Source: Eledone cirrhosa (lineage: Eukaryota). Taken from it: DNA of 64,000 nt. The number at the start of each line of letters is the position of its first letter. The first letter of the stretch is position 1. Where the stretch lies: NCBI GenBank assembly GCA_964016885.1, contig OZ024740.1:237584001-237648000 (forward strand), read 5' to 3'. A program made the position numbers and the translations under genes. This document shows, in pieces, positions 46,801 to 58,490 of the stretch. The notes under the pieces are model-generated. The model searched no databases. It worked only from the letters and a program-made list of their open reading frames with translations, and was not told where the DNA came from.

Positions 46801-47310
46801 TAAAATCTCCTGCAATGATTAGGAAGTCCTTGTCGTCTGTTAGAGCAGTAGTGTGTATTAGGGACTCGTAAAACCTATCCTTAAGTTCGTCTGGCAGCCC
46901 CGATTGGGGTGCGTAAGCTGATATTATTGTGGTAATTGTCTTATTCAGGACTAGTCTGAGTTTAATGATTCTTGCATTTACCCTGTACACTGAGATTACT
47001 TTATCTACCCACTTGTCAGCTAATAGTATACCTACACCACCCATCCCATCGTCATTTCCCACCCAGAAAAATTTGTAACACTGGCTTTTTCCTACGAGGA
47101 CTCTAGCAGACCCTCCTCTCCATCTAGTCTCTTGCACACAGCATACATCAACTTCCTTTCGCTCTAGCATTTCTACGATTTCTCCTGCTCTTCCTTTCAT
47201 TGAGCCTACATTGATGGTACCAACTCGGAGTTTTGGGCATTTGTCGACACTCGTAGGGGAGGGTCTCTGGGTTGGCGCTTCACGTGGGTGCTTGGTAGCT
47301 CGCAGACATA
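43890..47310 (-). mobile_element. Near full-length RTE-clade LINE
   Basis: Single long ORF, 3' UTR with internal repeats and (TGA)n tail. Confidence 0.97.
44192..47200 (-). CDS. RTE ORF: APE endonuclease + reverse transcriptase with an internal PHD-like finger (1002 aa; frame open upstream to LRVGTINVGS)
   Basis: VQETRW, AYAPQ, GDFNGHVG, SQH, NYRGIKL, FVDLEKAFD, QGSVLSP, YADD, FCYLG, RGVGRPKMTW; no stops. Confidence 0.95.
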   Translation of the reverse strand: MKGRAGEIVEMLERKEVDVCCVQETRWRGGSARVLVGKSQCYKFFWVGNDDGMGGVGILLADKWVDKVISVYRVNARIIKLRLVLNKTITTIISAYAPQSGLPDELKDRFYESLIHTTALTDDKDFLIIAGDFNGHVGKYCDGFNRVHGGHGVGTRNEEGFRLLEFCDANDMSICNTNFKKPDNHLITYRSGEHSSQLDFILIRGRDRWTVVNTKAFPSEECTSQHSLVVSDLTVRTRRALKQRPTWRRKIWKLKVPSTSNRFKDILLNAYDSKEEQIETFNVEENWEFLKNNLLEATDEVCGWSKTSSRRRVTWWWNNKVDEAVKAKRQAWKEWKNGGSRVHYIETKREARRQVYLARREAEDRKFKHVLQREDQKQEVFKIARQCVRDSCDVIGEKCIRNDKGELALTSAEKKDAWKSHYDRLLNEENAWEEETLPHVDPIEGPAVQVSGSVVSKAIRDMKIGKATGPSGIAAEMLKASRSVGHTITTRIVNQVILEGAIPKDWCSSIIFNCYKGKGDALDRGNYRGIKLMDQVMKVTERVIAQLIRDRVNIDEMQFGFVPGKGTTDALFLVRQLQEKYLAKSKPLYLAFVDLEKAFDRVPRAVIWWALRKLGVDEWLVKAVQAMYRGAVSKVRIGNEYSEEFSVQVGVHQGSVLSPLLFIIVLQAITEEFKTGCPWELLYADDLALIAESMVELENKFQTWKQGLERKGLKVNMTKTKVLISRRENRTQIPSGKWPCSVCRKGVGRNSILCPKCKQWVHKRCSGISGSLIKNVGFTCSSCAETASKQPQETSTTNLWEGPVETVDSFCYLGDRISNGGGCSESTITRVRTGWKKFRELLPLLAAKGFSLRMKGRLYDACIRTAMLHGSETWALKVEDLRRLERNEACMLRWMCNSNIRERQSINELRERLSIRGIKCCVQERRLRWYGHVMRMKDDSCIKRCRALEVDGNRGVGRPKMTWDEVIKADLTQLHLSKSMTHDRDFWRHAVIQGTRPPMGTC

Positions 47311-47532
47311 TAAAGCAAAGAATAAATAACCAAGGATGAATGTGGGTTAATTACATTTATTCATTTTACACAGGTTTAGCTAATTGCAGGAATGTAAAAT
47401 TGAATTATATCATCATGTGGTTGTTTGGATGATATACACACCTAATGTCTAAAGGTGATTAAAAGTGTTTATTATTTTTTTCAATTTCCTGTATTTGGCA
47501 TGTTTACTTGTCTGTATAATAAAAATGTGTAA

Positions 47533-47600
<68 letters not shown>

Positions 47601-47604
<4 letters not shown>

Positions 47605-47990
47605 AGTGTAACCTGGAGTTACTGTAGGTTAACCCGGGTGAGCACTCGATGTTTAGGTTCACTTCTGTGTCGAGGTGTAGAGCTATACAGAATGTATTAT
47701 AGTGAAAAGATAACTAGGACGATTGGTTACTCCTTCATTACATTTATTGGTTGGTGACGTGCGTTTCACCACTGATCAGCTCAAGGTTTGATCTGTATCG
47801 ATGTTACCCGACTCTGTAATCTGTGGCTCGTTGGACCCCTTGTAATGCTAGTACAAGGGGTCCAACGAGCCACAGATTACAGAGTTGGCTAAGATCGATA
47901 CAGATCAAACCTTGAGCTGATCAGTGGCGAAACGAGCGTCACCAACCAATAAATGTAATGAAGGAGTAATCAATCGTCCTAGTTATCTTT

Positions 47991-47998
<8 letters not shown>
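47601..47998. repeat. Palindrome (~147-bp arms, 7-nt loop) with a ~95-nt tail on the left; Penelope-type family of 9346/14466
   Basis: 47698-47844 is the reverse complement of 47852-47998; (TA)n on both sides. Confidence 0.95.
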
Positions 47999-48029
<31 letters not shown>

Positions 48030-48034
<5 letters not shown>

Positions 48035-48221
48035 AACAAGTAAGACCCCGACAGCTGAGCTCAAGCCGTTTCGACGGCTAATTCTGTACAGAATTAGCCG
48101 TCGAAACGGCTTGAGCTCAGCCGTCGGGGTCTTACTTGTTCCTATTACCCACTCTACTACCCTAAGTATTGAGTACTTTGGTGCGTTATGGTCCACCTGG
48201 TTCCTTACCACATTTCATTCG

Positions 48222-48223
<2 letters not shown>
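48030..48223. repeat. Loopless 116-bp palindrome plus 78-nt tail
   Basis: Centred on CTGTACAG (48084-48091); arms end 48030/48145; (TA)n flanks. Confidence 0.95.
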
Positions 48224-48253
<30 letters not shown>

Positions 48254-48260
<7 letters not shown>

Positions 48261-48520
48261 TAAGAGGAATTCCAACTTTGTCTGATTTACTCGTTTTATT
48301 TACAATCCTTTAACATTTATAATGGTATTATAATGAAATAGTATGATAGAATATTAAATGTTAATTTAATTAACACTTAACATTTAATATTCTATCATAC
48401 TATTTCATTATAATACCATTATAAATTTTAAAGGATTGTAAATAAAACGAGTAAATCAGACAAAGTTGGAATTCCTCTTATTAATATAATCTTCTATACA
48501 CAATCATACACACCCGTGTA
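48254..48520. repeat. Palindrome (~110-bp arms) plus short tail
   Basis: 48254-48363 is the reverse complement of 48379-48487. Confidence 0.93.
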
Positions 48521-48649
48521 TATTTATCTATCTATCTCTCTCTCTCTCTATATATATACATATTTCCCAGTTACTTCTATTCTGTTTACATAGAGATATA
48601 ACTTTATCATTCACTTTTGTTATCTGCCACACAATATATATATGCTGTC

Positions 48650-48872
48650 ATGGTTTTCATTGACTTCAGGAAGGCCTTTGATTCTGCAGACTGAGACTGC
48701 CTGATAACGATCTTACAGACTTATGGAATCCCCAAGAAGATAATGGACCTGATATTATTGCTCTACACCAACACCAGAGCCTAAGTCATTACACCCGATG
48801 GGATGACAGAGTTCTTTAAGATACTGGCTGGAGTGCTCCAGGGAGATATTTTGGTTCCCTACTTTTTCATCA
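48650..48872 (+). pseudogene. RT fragment of a different RTE-like LINE family
   Basis: FIDFRKAFDS...YGIPKKI...LYTNT...TPDGMTEFFKILAGVLQGDIL. Confidence 0.75.
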
Positions 48873-49119
48873 TATATATATATATATATATATATAAGAT
48901 GATTACTTTTGAATTAAACAGTTCTAGTCCTGTAGAAGCCATTTTTATATTAAACATGATGTTTACACTCTACTGATGTATTGAGTACCTTGTTTACTTT
49001 TCCCAAATATAATTTTATTATGTTCTGACTAATTGATTTTTCTTAATTCCTTCATTGAGCAAAACTGGTATTGGTTGGACTCCCTCATATGTTTGTCTAT
49101 ATGTGTATATATATATATA

Positions 49120-50547
49120 AAAGTTGGCGTCCATCAGGGCTCTGTTCTCAGCCCCCTACTATTTATTATTGCCCTTCAGGCTATAACAGAGGAGTTCAAG
49201 ACAGGCTGCCCATGGGAACTCCTATACGCAGACGACCTGACACTCATAGCGGAATCAATGGCCGAGCTAGAGAAGAAATTCCAAACATGGAAGCACGGCC
49301 TAGAGTCAAAAGGACTTAAAATTAACCTGGCTAAGACCAAAGTTCTAGTTTGTAGGAAAGAAAACAAGGCGGCGGTCCCTTCTGGGAAATGGTCGTGCTC
49401 GGTGTGTAGGAAAGGCGTAGGTAGAAACTCCATTTTATGTCCTAAATGCAAAGTATGGGTGCATAAAAGATGTAGTGGGATCACAGGTAAGCTAACTAAG
49501 AACATAGATTTTACATGTGGCCGGTGTTCTGGTGCAATAAGTAGCAGCAAGTGCCCACAAAATACTAGCTCTTTCAATTGCGCAGAGGGTTCTATAGAAA
49601 TAGTGGACAGCTTCCATTACCTGGGCGATAAAATCAGCAGTGGGGGAGGGTGCTCTGAAAGTACTGTAGCTAGAGTCAGAACTGGTTGGAAAAAGTTCAG
49701 AGAACTTATACCACTATTAGCTGCTAAAGGGTTCTCCCTAAAAATGAAAGGCAGGCTGTACGATGCCTGCATACGAACAGCAATGTTGCATGGTAGTGAG
49801 ACCTGGGCATTGTGTGCAGAGGATATACGCAGACTAGAGAGGAACGAAGCTTGCATGCTCCGCTGGATGTGTAACAGTAATATACGTGAACGGCAAAGCA
49901 TAAACGAACTAAGGAAAAAATTAGAGATAAGAGGGATCAGATGTTGTTTACTCGAGAGAAGGCTGCGTTGGTATGGACACGTGATGCGCATGAAAGTCGA
50001 TAGCTGTATAACAAAGTGCAGGGCAATAAAGATAGACGGTAGCCACGGAATAGGCAGACCTAGAAAAACATGGGATGAGCTGATAAACTCCGACCTCACA
50101 CACTTACACCTCTCCAAGACAATGTCACTGGACCGAGACCTTTGGCAGTACTCAGTAACAGAGAAGACCCGCCTTGCCAGTAGGCATCTCTAACAAAATA
50201 CACCCCGTCCCGCCACCACCCCCACCTCATCCACACCACCCCGTTCTATGTAAAGTTATGTTGGTGCCGCGCCATCCAGGCCGAAACAAATGAGATCGTG
50301 TAGGTGTCACGACAAAAAAACACACAGTCCACGCTGTAATGTGGCCGTGTAGGCAACACGGTAAAAACCTCCCAGACCCACACTGTAAATGTGGTTGGTG
50401 TTAGGAAGGGCATCCAACTGTAGAAAACCTGCCAGACAGTCCTATGCGAGCAAGACAATCACTCTTGCCTCAAGTGGGACTACCCCCGTCCAAACCCATG
50501 CAAGCGTGGAACACGGACGTTAAACGTTGATGATGATGATGATGATG
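49120..50547 (+). mobile_element. 5'-truncated RTE LINE, divergent subfamily with open RT C-terminus
   Basis: VGVHQGSVLSP...YADD...PHD-like finger...GRPRKTW to stop 50193; RTE-type 3' UTR and (GAT)n. Confidence 0.93.
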
Positions 50548-51122
50548 ATATATATATATATATATATCTTCAATTAATTTGTTTATATATTAATCCTCTA
50601 CATGTTTGCTCGAGGCATTTGGAATATTTAAAATTTGAAAATGTTGCTATAATGATCATACTGTACTATAATGATCACTATAATGATCACTATAATGATG
50701 TTACTATAATTATTTCTACTTTTTGGCACAAGGTCATAATGATGTTACTATAATGATCATAGCGAAATTCTTGCCAAATTGCGAAAAGGTAGCACACTTC
50801 GATGGAATTCTGGAGATACAGAGGTCGCTCTTCTGTAGTGGCTGCTGGTCATTTATTTTCTGTCCCTCGGAGTATTTTATCCAATTTTCTAACTCTACTA
50901 TCATTATAATGACTCATAGGAAGGACATCCAGCTGTAGAAACCAAGCCAAAATCAGTTCTGTATGAGCAAGATATGGTCACCTGACCTAACATTTCCCAC
51001 AATAGGACAACTTGTCTAACCCATGCCAGCATGAAGAAATGGACGTAAAATGATGATGATGATGATGATGATGATGATATATATATAATATAAGATCAAA
51101 AGATGGTTAAAAGAGTTCCAAG

Positions 51123-51193
51123 TATTTTATTATGCGCATTTCAAAAACAAATATCATCATGAGATGATATCTGCGTTTTCATCAGATAAAATA
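51123..51193 (-). ncRNA. Type I hammerhead ribozyme (inverted arm copy)
   Basis: TATTTTAT-CTGATGA-stem II-GAAAT-GCGC-ATA-ATAAAATA. Confidence 0.8.
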
Positions 51194-51309
51194 GGGATAC
51201 ATGATATGAAGGTTAAAAAACACTTGTGAATAGTGAAGTTTTAAATCAACATATATCATTAAAACTTCACTATTCACAAGTGTTTTTTAACCTTCATATC
51301 ATGTATCCC

Positions 51310-51380
51310 TATTTTATCTGATGAAAGCGCAGATATCATCTCATGATGATATTTGTTTTTGAAATGTGCATAATAAAATA
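51310..51380 (+). ncRNA. Type I hammerhead ribozyme
   Basis: 8-bp stem I TATTTTAT/ATAAAATA; CTGATGA; stem II GCAGATATCATC/GATGATATTTGT; GAAAT-GTGC-ATA. Confidence 0.8.
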
Positions 51381-51509
51381 CTTGGAACTCTTTTAACCAT
51401 CTTTTGATCTTATATTATTTATACTCCAGTCCTACAAACTGTAAAGTGCTACTTATCCGATATTTGCATTGCTTTATTGTGCTACAATAAAACTCACCTC
51501 CTACATATA

Positions 51510-52173
51510 TGCATAGGTTAAATATAACGTTCGCGAAAATGAAAGTGGATTTTCTGATAAGTGAATGTGTTTGTTTGTTTTTTTTACAATGAAATTTACG
51601 ATACACTCTTTGTTTATTTACAACAGGTCTCTATAGTGATATGGTGTTAATTAGTATTGCGTGTGTGATTATTTTCTCTTATATATATATGTGTGGGTCT
51701 GTATATGTGTGTATATATATGTGTATCTGTATGTATATATATATATGTGTTTGTATATATATATGTGTTTGTGTCATCATCATCGTTTAGATGTTTTTAC
51801 CCAAATCCCTTATCATTCTCTATCCTTCTTATGACCCGGCCTTAATTTGTTTATAGTTGGTGCCAACTTTGGCAAGATATTACAAAAACATCTAAACGAT
51901 GATGATGACACAAACACATATATATATATACAAACACACATATATATATACATACAGACACACATATATATACACACATATACACACCCACACATATATA
52001 TATAAGAGAAAATAATCACACACGCAATACTAATTAACACCATATCACTATAGAGACCTGTTGTAAATAAACAAAGAGTGTATCGTAAATTTCACTGTAA
52101 AAAAAACAAACAAACACATTCACTTGTCAGAAAATCCACTTTCATTTTCGCGAACGTTATATTTAACCTATGC
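51510..52173. repeat. Inverted repeat (~290-bp arms, ~85-nt spacer)
   Basis: 51510-51798 is the reverse complement of 51885-52173. Confidence 0.93.
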
Positions 52174-52175
52174 CC

Positions 52176-52235
<60 letters not shown>

Positions 52236-53111
52236 TTTTAGTACAGCATTGACGAAGCTTTAGTATACGGCCAAGCTAACGTATATGCATAATCGGTCTG
52301 TAGCTTTAGCACTCGGATGAGGTAAGACCCCAGAGTAATAACATTACGTTCAGACAGCTTAGCAAATCAGATATAGCGGTCGGCAGTCCAACCGCATTAC
52401 CAGAGCAACGAAAATACATGACCCAGGAAAAGATTTTATTCTATACATATAATAAAATAAACAAAGATTGCTGGTATTAAGTCAACGATCTCTGGCTAGT
52501 GTCTAGCTCACTCAATGAATTTGCCGAATTGCAGCAATGCAGTTGTAATCAGCCGTTCAGAGTACACAAATTAAGTTAATAGCAGACGCGGTGGCTGTGT
52601 TTTGGTAGAGAGGACGGTAAAATTCTGAACTCCTGGACGATATCGTTTCTGTGCAACATATCTTCACAAATGCAGATATTAGATCCTCAATATTAAGAAA
52701 ATCACATAATATGTGCAGATATTTTCGTAACAGTGTTGTTACACTCATCAGCAGGGTTGCCCAAGTCATAAGATAGGTCTATACAGTGTGTGTTAGCCAT
52801 TACCACCGGACAAGGAATCTAGTAGTTCTAGGTAATTTTATAAGTTATCTATCGTAGACTAAAACATGTGGTCTGGCGGTTGAATTCAAACAAAGGAATT
52901 CATGCCAATTAAAGCACTCGACCAGCCAGTCCCATATATGCATATAAACATAATGAGATTTATGCATATATGCATATATACAAGCAAATAATAGCTGATT
53001 ATTGATACAAAGTCAAAATTTCAATAGTCAATATTTAATATTACGAAATATATGCAAGAAATATTGAAAACTCTAACCTTATATAGGAGATTCCAATCAG
53101 CCCAGCTAGGA

Positions 53112-53157
<46 letters not shown>

Positions 53158-53310
53158 TAAAATAACAGATTAAAGTTTAAGCAAAGAATCGCTGCTTTCA
53201 CCCTTAACGGGATCTTCTGAAACTAAAAAAGTCAATCTGTGAACGCAGAAGTAAACATTTCAAAAAACGTTGCAACCGAAGGAAGACAGGAAGACAATAC
53301 TTTGGTTCGT

Positions 53311-53585
53311 GGAAACGTTCCCTGGCAAAGAACGAAAAAAAACGAAGATAATACATCATTATTTGGAGCGGTGAAAAATAATTACACGCAAAGACAAAAC
53401 CACGTTTATGGTATAAATGAAGTCGTAGACTAATATTCTATTAGGTGGTTCATGGAGACGTTCTCTGGCAATGAACGAAAAAACGAAGATAATACGTCAT
53501 ATGTGGAGCGGTGAGAACAATTGCACGCAAAGACAAAACCACGTAAATGGTATAACTGAAGTCGTAGACTAAAATTCTAACTAGG
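53311..53585. repeat. Tandem duplication, ~143-bp period
   Basis: GGAAACGTTCCCTGGCAAAGAACG...GAAGTCGTAGACTAA occurs twice. Confidence 0.85.
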
Positions 53586-53899
53586 AAACCGAATGATTCT
53601 CGGCTTCAGAGTTAAGAATAAAGTAAATAAAATACAGAGGTAATTGAAATTAAATAAATACATACACGCATCCATATACATACACAAGCATACGCGAAAA
53701 CACTCCCCATAGGTATACAAATACAAGCACGTACACAAAAAAACCCCGCACGCACATACAGAACCCACGCAACGCCTGTACCTGCACACATACGAACGTA
53801 TACATATATATGTGTTGTTTCCTTGAGCAAGACACTTTATTTCACATTGCTCCAGTTTACTCAGCTGTAGAAATGAGATGATAGGACTGGGGTCCATAT

Positions 53900-54120
53900 C
53901 ATTCCACTGCAAAGTGGTCGTGGAGGTGCCACGGCAAAAAAGCACCCAGCCAACACTGTAAAGTGGACGTGTAGCGCCACGGAAAAAAAGCACCCATCAC
54001 TCACTGTAAATGAGGTTGGTGTTAGGAAGGGCATCCAGCTGTAGAAATCAAGCCAGAATCAGTTCCCGTCCCACCCTTGCAAGCAGGGAAAAGCGGACGT
54101 AAAATGAAATGATGAATGAT
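53900..54120 (+). mobile_element. Family B RTE-tail retroposon
   Basis: Matches 24890-25063 and the RTE 3' UTR. Confidence 0.8.
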
Positions 54121-54126
54121 GATATA

Positions 54127-55010
54127 TGAATGTATGTATAGTATATTTGGCAATATACCGTATGTTTAATTAAAAACATTTAGAAGACCATATGCTATCG
54201 GTTTTAAAGTAGTGACTATATCACTTACTTCTTTTCGGCAAAAGAAGGGAGAGAAGCTAACAGTCTGTTTCACGCTGGTTGGTGATCATCAGAGCCATGC
54301 ACCCCATGCTGCTGTAAAAAATTATAGAAGCTGGATTCTTATAGAATTCCAGTAATAATCAGGAGCTGATTATACAGAGCGATTGCCGGTCCAGCAAAAA
54401 TTAGGTATTAGGATTGGTGCTCTGAAATAGCGATGTATACATGAATGTATGTATAGTATATTTGAAAATATACTGTATGTTTCATTAAAAACATTTAGGT
54501 GACCATACTCTATCGGTTTTAAAGTAGTGACTATGTCACTTACTTCTTTTCGGCGAAAGAAGGGAGAGAAGCTAACAGTCTGTTTCACGCTGGTTGGTGA
54601 TCATCAGAGCCACGCACCCCCTGCTTCCACTGAAAATTATAGAAGCTGGATTCTTATAGAATTCCAGTAACTATACATACATTCATGTATACATCACTAT
54701 TTCAGAGCACCAATCCTAATACCTAATTTTTGCTGAACCGGCAATCGCTCTGTATAATCAGCTCCTGATTATTACTGGAATTCTATAAGAATCCAGATTC
54801 TATAATTTTTTACAGCAGCAGGGGGTGCATGGCTCTGATGATCACCAACCAGCGTGAAACAGACTGTTAGCTTCTCTCCCTTCTTTCGCCGAAAACAAGT
54901 AAGTGTCACTACTTTAAAACCGATAGCGTGTGGTCTTCTAAATGTTTTTAATTAAACACATGATATATTGCCAAATATACTATACATACATTCATGTATA
55001 CATCGCTATT
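54127..55010. repeat. ~315-bp unit present twice on minus and once on plus, each with a hammerhead-like motif
   Basis: GGCT-CTGATGA-TCACCAACCAGCGT-GAAAC-AGACT-GTT-AGCT at 54831-54872(+), 54255-54296(-), 54570-54611(-). Confidence 0.85.
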
Positions 55011-55043
55011 TCACCAGTAATATATATATATAAACACACACAC

Positions 55044-55119
<76 letters not shown>

Positions 55120-55769
55120 CAGTCCACGCTATATATTATAGTAACTATTACAGGACTAGTTCTGTTTCATTGACTGATGAAATTGTCAGAAAACTCTCTG
55201 GTGGTTACATCACTGAATGAAAAAGAACTAGTCCTGTAAAAACTACCACTCAATGGAATGCAATAAAGTACTTTCTCTACCTGATGTATTGAAAATCTTA
55301 CATTAATTGTGGTTGCCCTCTGTTCACTAATGGAATAATATTCTACTATATATTTTTAGATTATTTCTAAATATTAAATCATTTGTGGTTAAACTTGTGG
55401 CCTATGACACATTTACGGCTTCATTCATATTTTGAGTTTTACAATGAATTATCAAAAAATAAAAGAAAGAGATTGAAAAATTAATGTATACTTTAAAAAA
55501 ATATTTTTCAAATTATTGATTTTCCTATTTTAAAAATTTTGTTTGCATAACATTAGCCTAGGTTAAGATTAAGCTAAAGCATCAAATAACACATCCGCTA
55601 TATCAATCTGATAAAGAGAGTTTAGCAGTCACAAAGCTTTCGGTGTTTATAATTATACCATGGCACTTGTGGCTGTGTAAGAAGTGTGGGGTTGGTAGAA
55701 GATTGTACTGTTGACTGCTTCCATAGTGCTACCACTTCTTAATAATAGTTCTAGAAATAATTAGTAGAT

Positions 55770-57600
55770 AGACATGATCGAGTTAAATAAGACTGCACAA
55801 AGTAGATGTGGGCTCGATAAGCCTCAGAGGAGGCAGCCTGTCTAGAAAAGCAGTCACTCCAAAGAATCTGCATGACTACTTACAGACAAACAATGCAGAT
55901 ACAAGCCTTTCTAGGTAGAGAATGGTGATGGAGTAGGTGGGATGGGAATTCTACTAGCTGAGAAGCAGATAGTTATGGTAATCAAAGTAGTTAGAGTAAG
56001 TGACAGAATTATCAAACTTAGAGTATTCATAGGATGATGACAATTACGTCAAGTTATTGACTACAAGCAAGACTAAGTAAGAAACAAAAGGACTGCTTCT
56101 ATGAGCAACTTTTACAGACAACCTCCATTACAGATGATAGAGACGTCATCATCCAAGCTAGTGATTTCAACGGGCATGCTTGACAGCACCAGGATAGGTA
56201 CACTGGAATACACTTGGATATGATTATGACTCAAGAAATGAAGAGGGAGTGAGTCTCTTAGAATTCTGTGATGCCAATGAACTGACTATGAACTGACTAT
56301 TTGCAACACTAATTTCAAGAAACTGGTGAGCCACCAGTTTGTCCATGTTAACCAGGATGCTGTTAGGAAAAAGTGCATAAGAAATGACATTGGCACGCTC
56401 AGATCACAGATGCTTAAAAGAAGGAAGCCTGGAAATTCTATTAAGAGAGTTTGATGAATGTGGAGAAAGAGTGAAAGGAAGAGAGATTACCTCCCGCAAA
56501 CCCAACAGAGAAACCAATTATCAAAATTGACAGTTATAGGGTTAAGGAAATAATCAAGGAGATGAAAAATGGTAGAGCCACCAGGCCATCAAAAATAGTT
56601 GCTGAGGTGCTGGAATGTTCTAAATCATTTGTGGTTAAACTTGTGGCCTATGACACATTTACGGCTTCATTCATATTTTGAGTTTTACAATGAATTATCA
56701 AAAAATAAAAGAAAGAGATTGAAAAATTAATGTATACTTTAAAAAAATATTTTTCAAATTATTGATTTTCCTATTTTAAAAATTTTGTTTGCATAACATT
56801 AGCCTAGGTTAAGATAACTAGTTTAAGGTAACTAGTTTAAATCCTACTCTCCGTAGGATTTAAATTAGTTACCAGCATAATCAATCAGGTAGTACGAGAG
56901 GAAGTCATACCCAGTGACTGGTGTAATAGTGTATTTATTAATTGTTACAAGGGAAAACGCAATGCACTAGAAAGGAGTAATTACAGAGGCCTAAAACTAA
57001 TGGACCAAGTAATGGAAGTGACAAAAAGAGTTTAACCACAACTAATTAGGGAAAGAGTAAAATTAGATGAGATACAGTTCGGCTTTTGTGTCGGGGAGTT
57101 CTACAGATGCCCTCTTTCTAGTGAGAAAACTACAAGAGAAGTTCTTAGCTAGGAATAAACCACTATATTTAGCTTTTGTTGATCTAGAGAAGGCTTTTGA
57201 CAGAAAACCTCAATCTGTCGTCTTATGGTCATTAAGGAAACTGAGTGTAGATGAATGGTTTGTAAGAGCAGTGCAAGCCATGTACAGAGGAGCTGTTAGT
57301 AAGGTGAGAGTAGGCAATGAATTTAGTAAGGAATTCAATGTGCAAGTACGTGTTCATCAAAGCTCTATCATCAGCTTACTCCTGTTTATCATAGTTCTGC
57401 AGGCCATAACAGAGAAGTTTAAGACAAGTTGCCCATGGGACCTCCTGTATACCGATGACCAGGTTCTTATAGTAAATTTGTGAAAGGCCTCATAGGATCA
57501 GGGTCTTTCCTGCTTACCAGAACCTTAGTTTTTCCTAAGTTAACTCTAAGCCATTTTGATTCTAAGTTCTGTTTCCAAAGCCAGAATTTATTTGGAGCTT
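55770..57600 (+). pseudogene. Old decayed RTE LINE with a local inversion at 57478-57600
   Basis: APE relics (GVGGMGILLAEK, SDFNGH, LLEFCDAN) and RT (TDALFLVRKLQEK, FVDLEKAFDR); next segment WKQNLESKWLRVNLGKTKVL is on the minus strand. Confidence 0.85.
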
Positions 57601-58200
57601 GACCCATCACACAGGACTCTGGCAGTCTGGGACTGGATGGCATCGCTATGAGAAGTTGACCAGTGATACCATTATGAGGAGGGACAGGCAGTTGGCTGCG
57701 CTGAACCTCTCTCACAGTGGAACCCTAGTTTGGGAGCCAGGCACTATCCATTCAACAGAGACTTCTCAATACGAAACCAGATAATCATGCTTGACTCCAC
57801 TATGAGGAGGAACAGGAACCCCAATTTTTCAGAGCCCGGCACTGGACGACACCACTATGAGGAGAGACAGGCCACTTGGCCACATCCAACCCCTCTCACA
57901 GTGGCACCCCAGATTTGCCAGGCAAGCTCCATGCAACAAACTCTTCACAATACGAAACCACATGTGACACTACTATGAGTAGTGACAGGCCAGTTGGCCA
58001 CGTTGCACCCTTCTCACAGTGGCACCCCAGTTTCTGAGTTGGACACTCTCCACGTAATAAACCCTTCTCAATATGAAAACACAATGTGTGAGCCAGGGGC
58101 TAGTGGAACCCCAGTTTTAGAGCCAGGCACTCTCCATGCAGCTGTGTGAGCCTGGGACTGGGTGGCACCACTATGAGGAGGAACAAGAGTAGATCCTCAA
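57600..58200. repeat. Degenerate GC-richer tandem repeats
   Basis: Recurrent CACTATGAGGAG, CTCTCACAGTGG.ACCCC and CTCAATA.GAAAC modules, 3-4 copies. Confidence 0.6.
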
Positions 58201-58490
58201 TTCAGGCATTGGATGCCACGAGGGCTAGGTATTTTCCTCGTGACCTTATTGGACTGTGCTAAGGTGGTGAATGGAGGCTGGTAAAAGAATGAAAGAGGAG
58301 CATGTCCTCCCCCCGATACTGTGTTCTTTCATCGTGACCTTGTTTATTGTTGATATTACTTACTAGTTAACAGCATTAGTCCTACGGGGTAGGGATATTC
58401 GTGGTGCAGATATCTGCGTTAAAAAGTTAGTGGTGCAAAAATTACCTGTAGGGGTAGTCATGATCATGTATATATATATATATATATATA

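Larger units (their letters stand above)
51087..51503. repeat. Palindrome (~157-bp arms) plus ~85-nt tail, with a hammerhead in each arm
   Basis: 51087-51244 is the reverse complement of 51260-51417. Confidence 0.95.
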
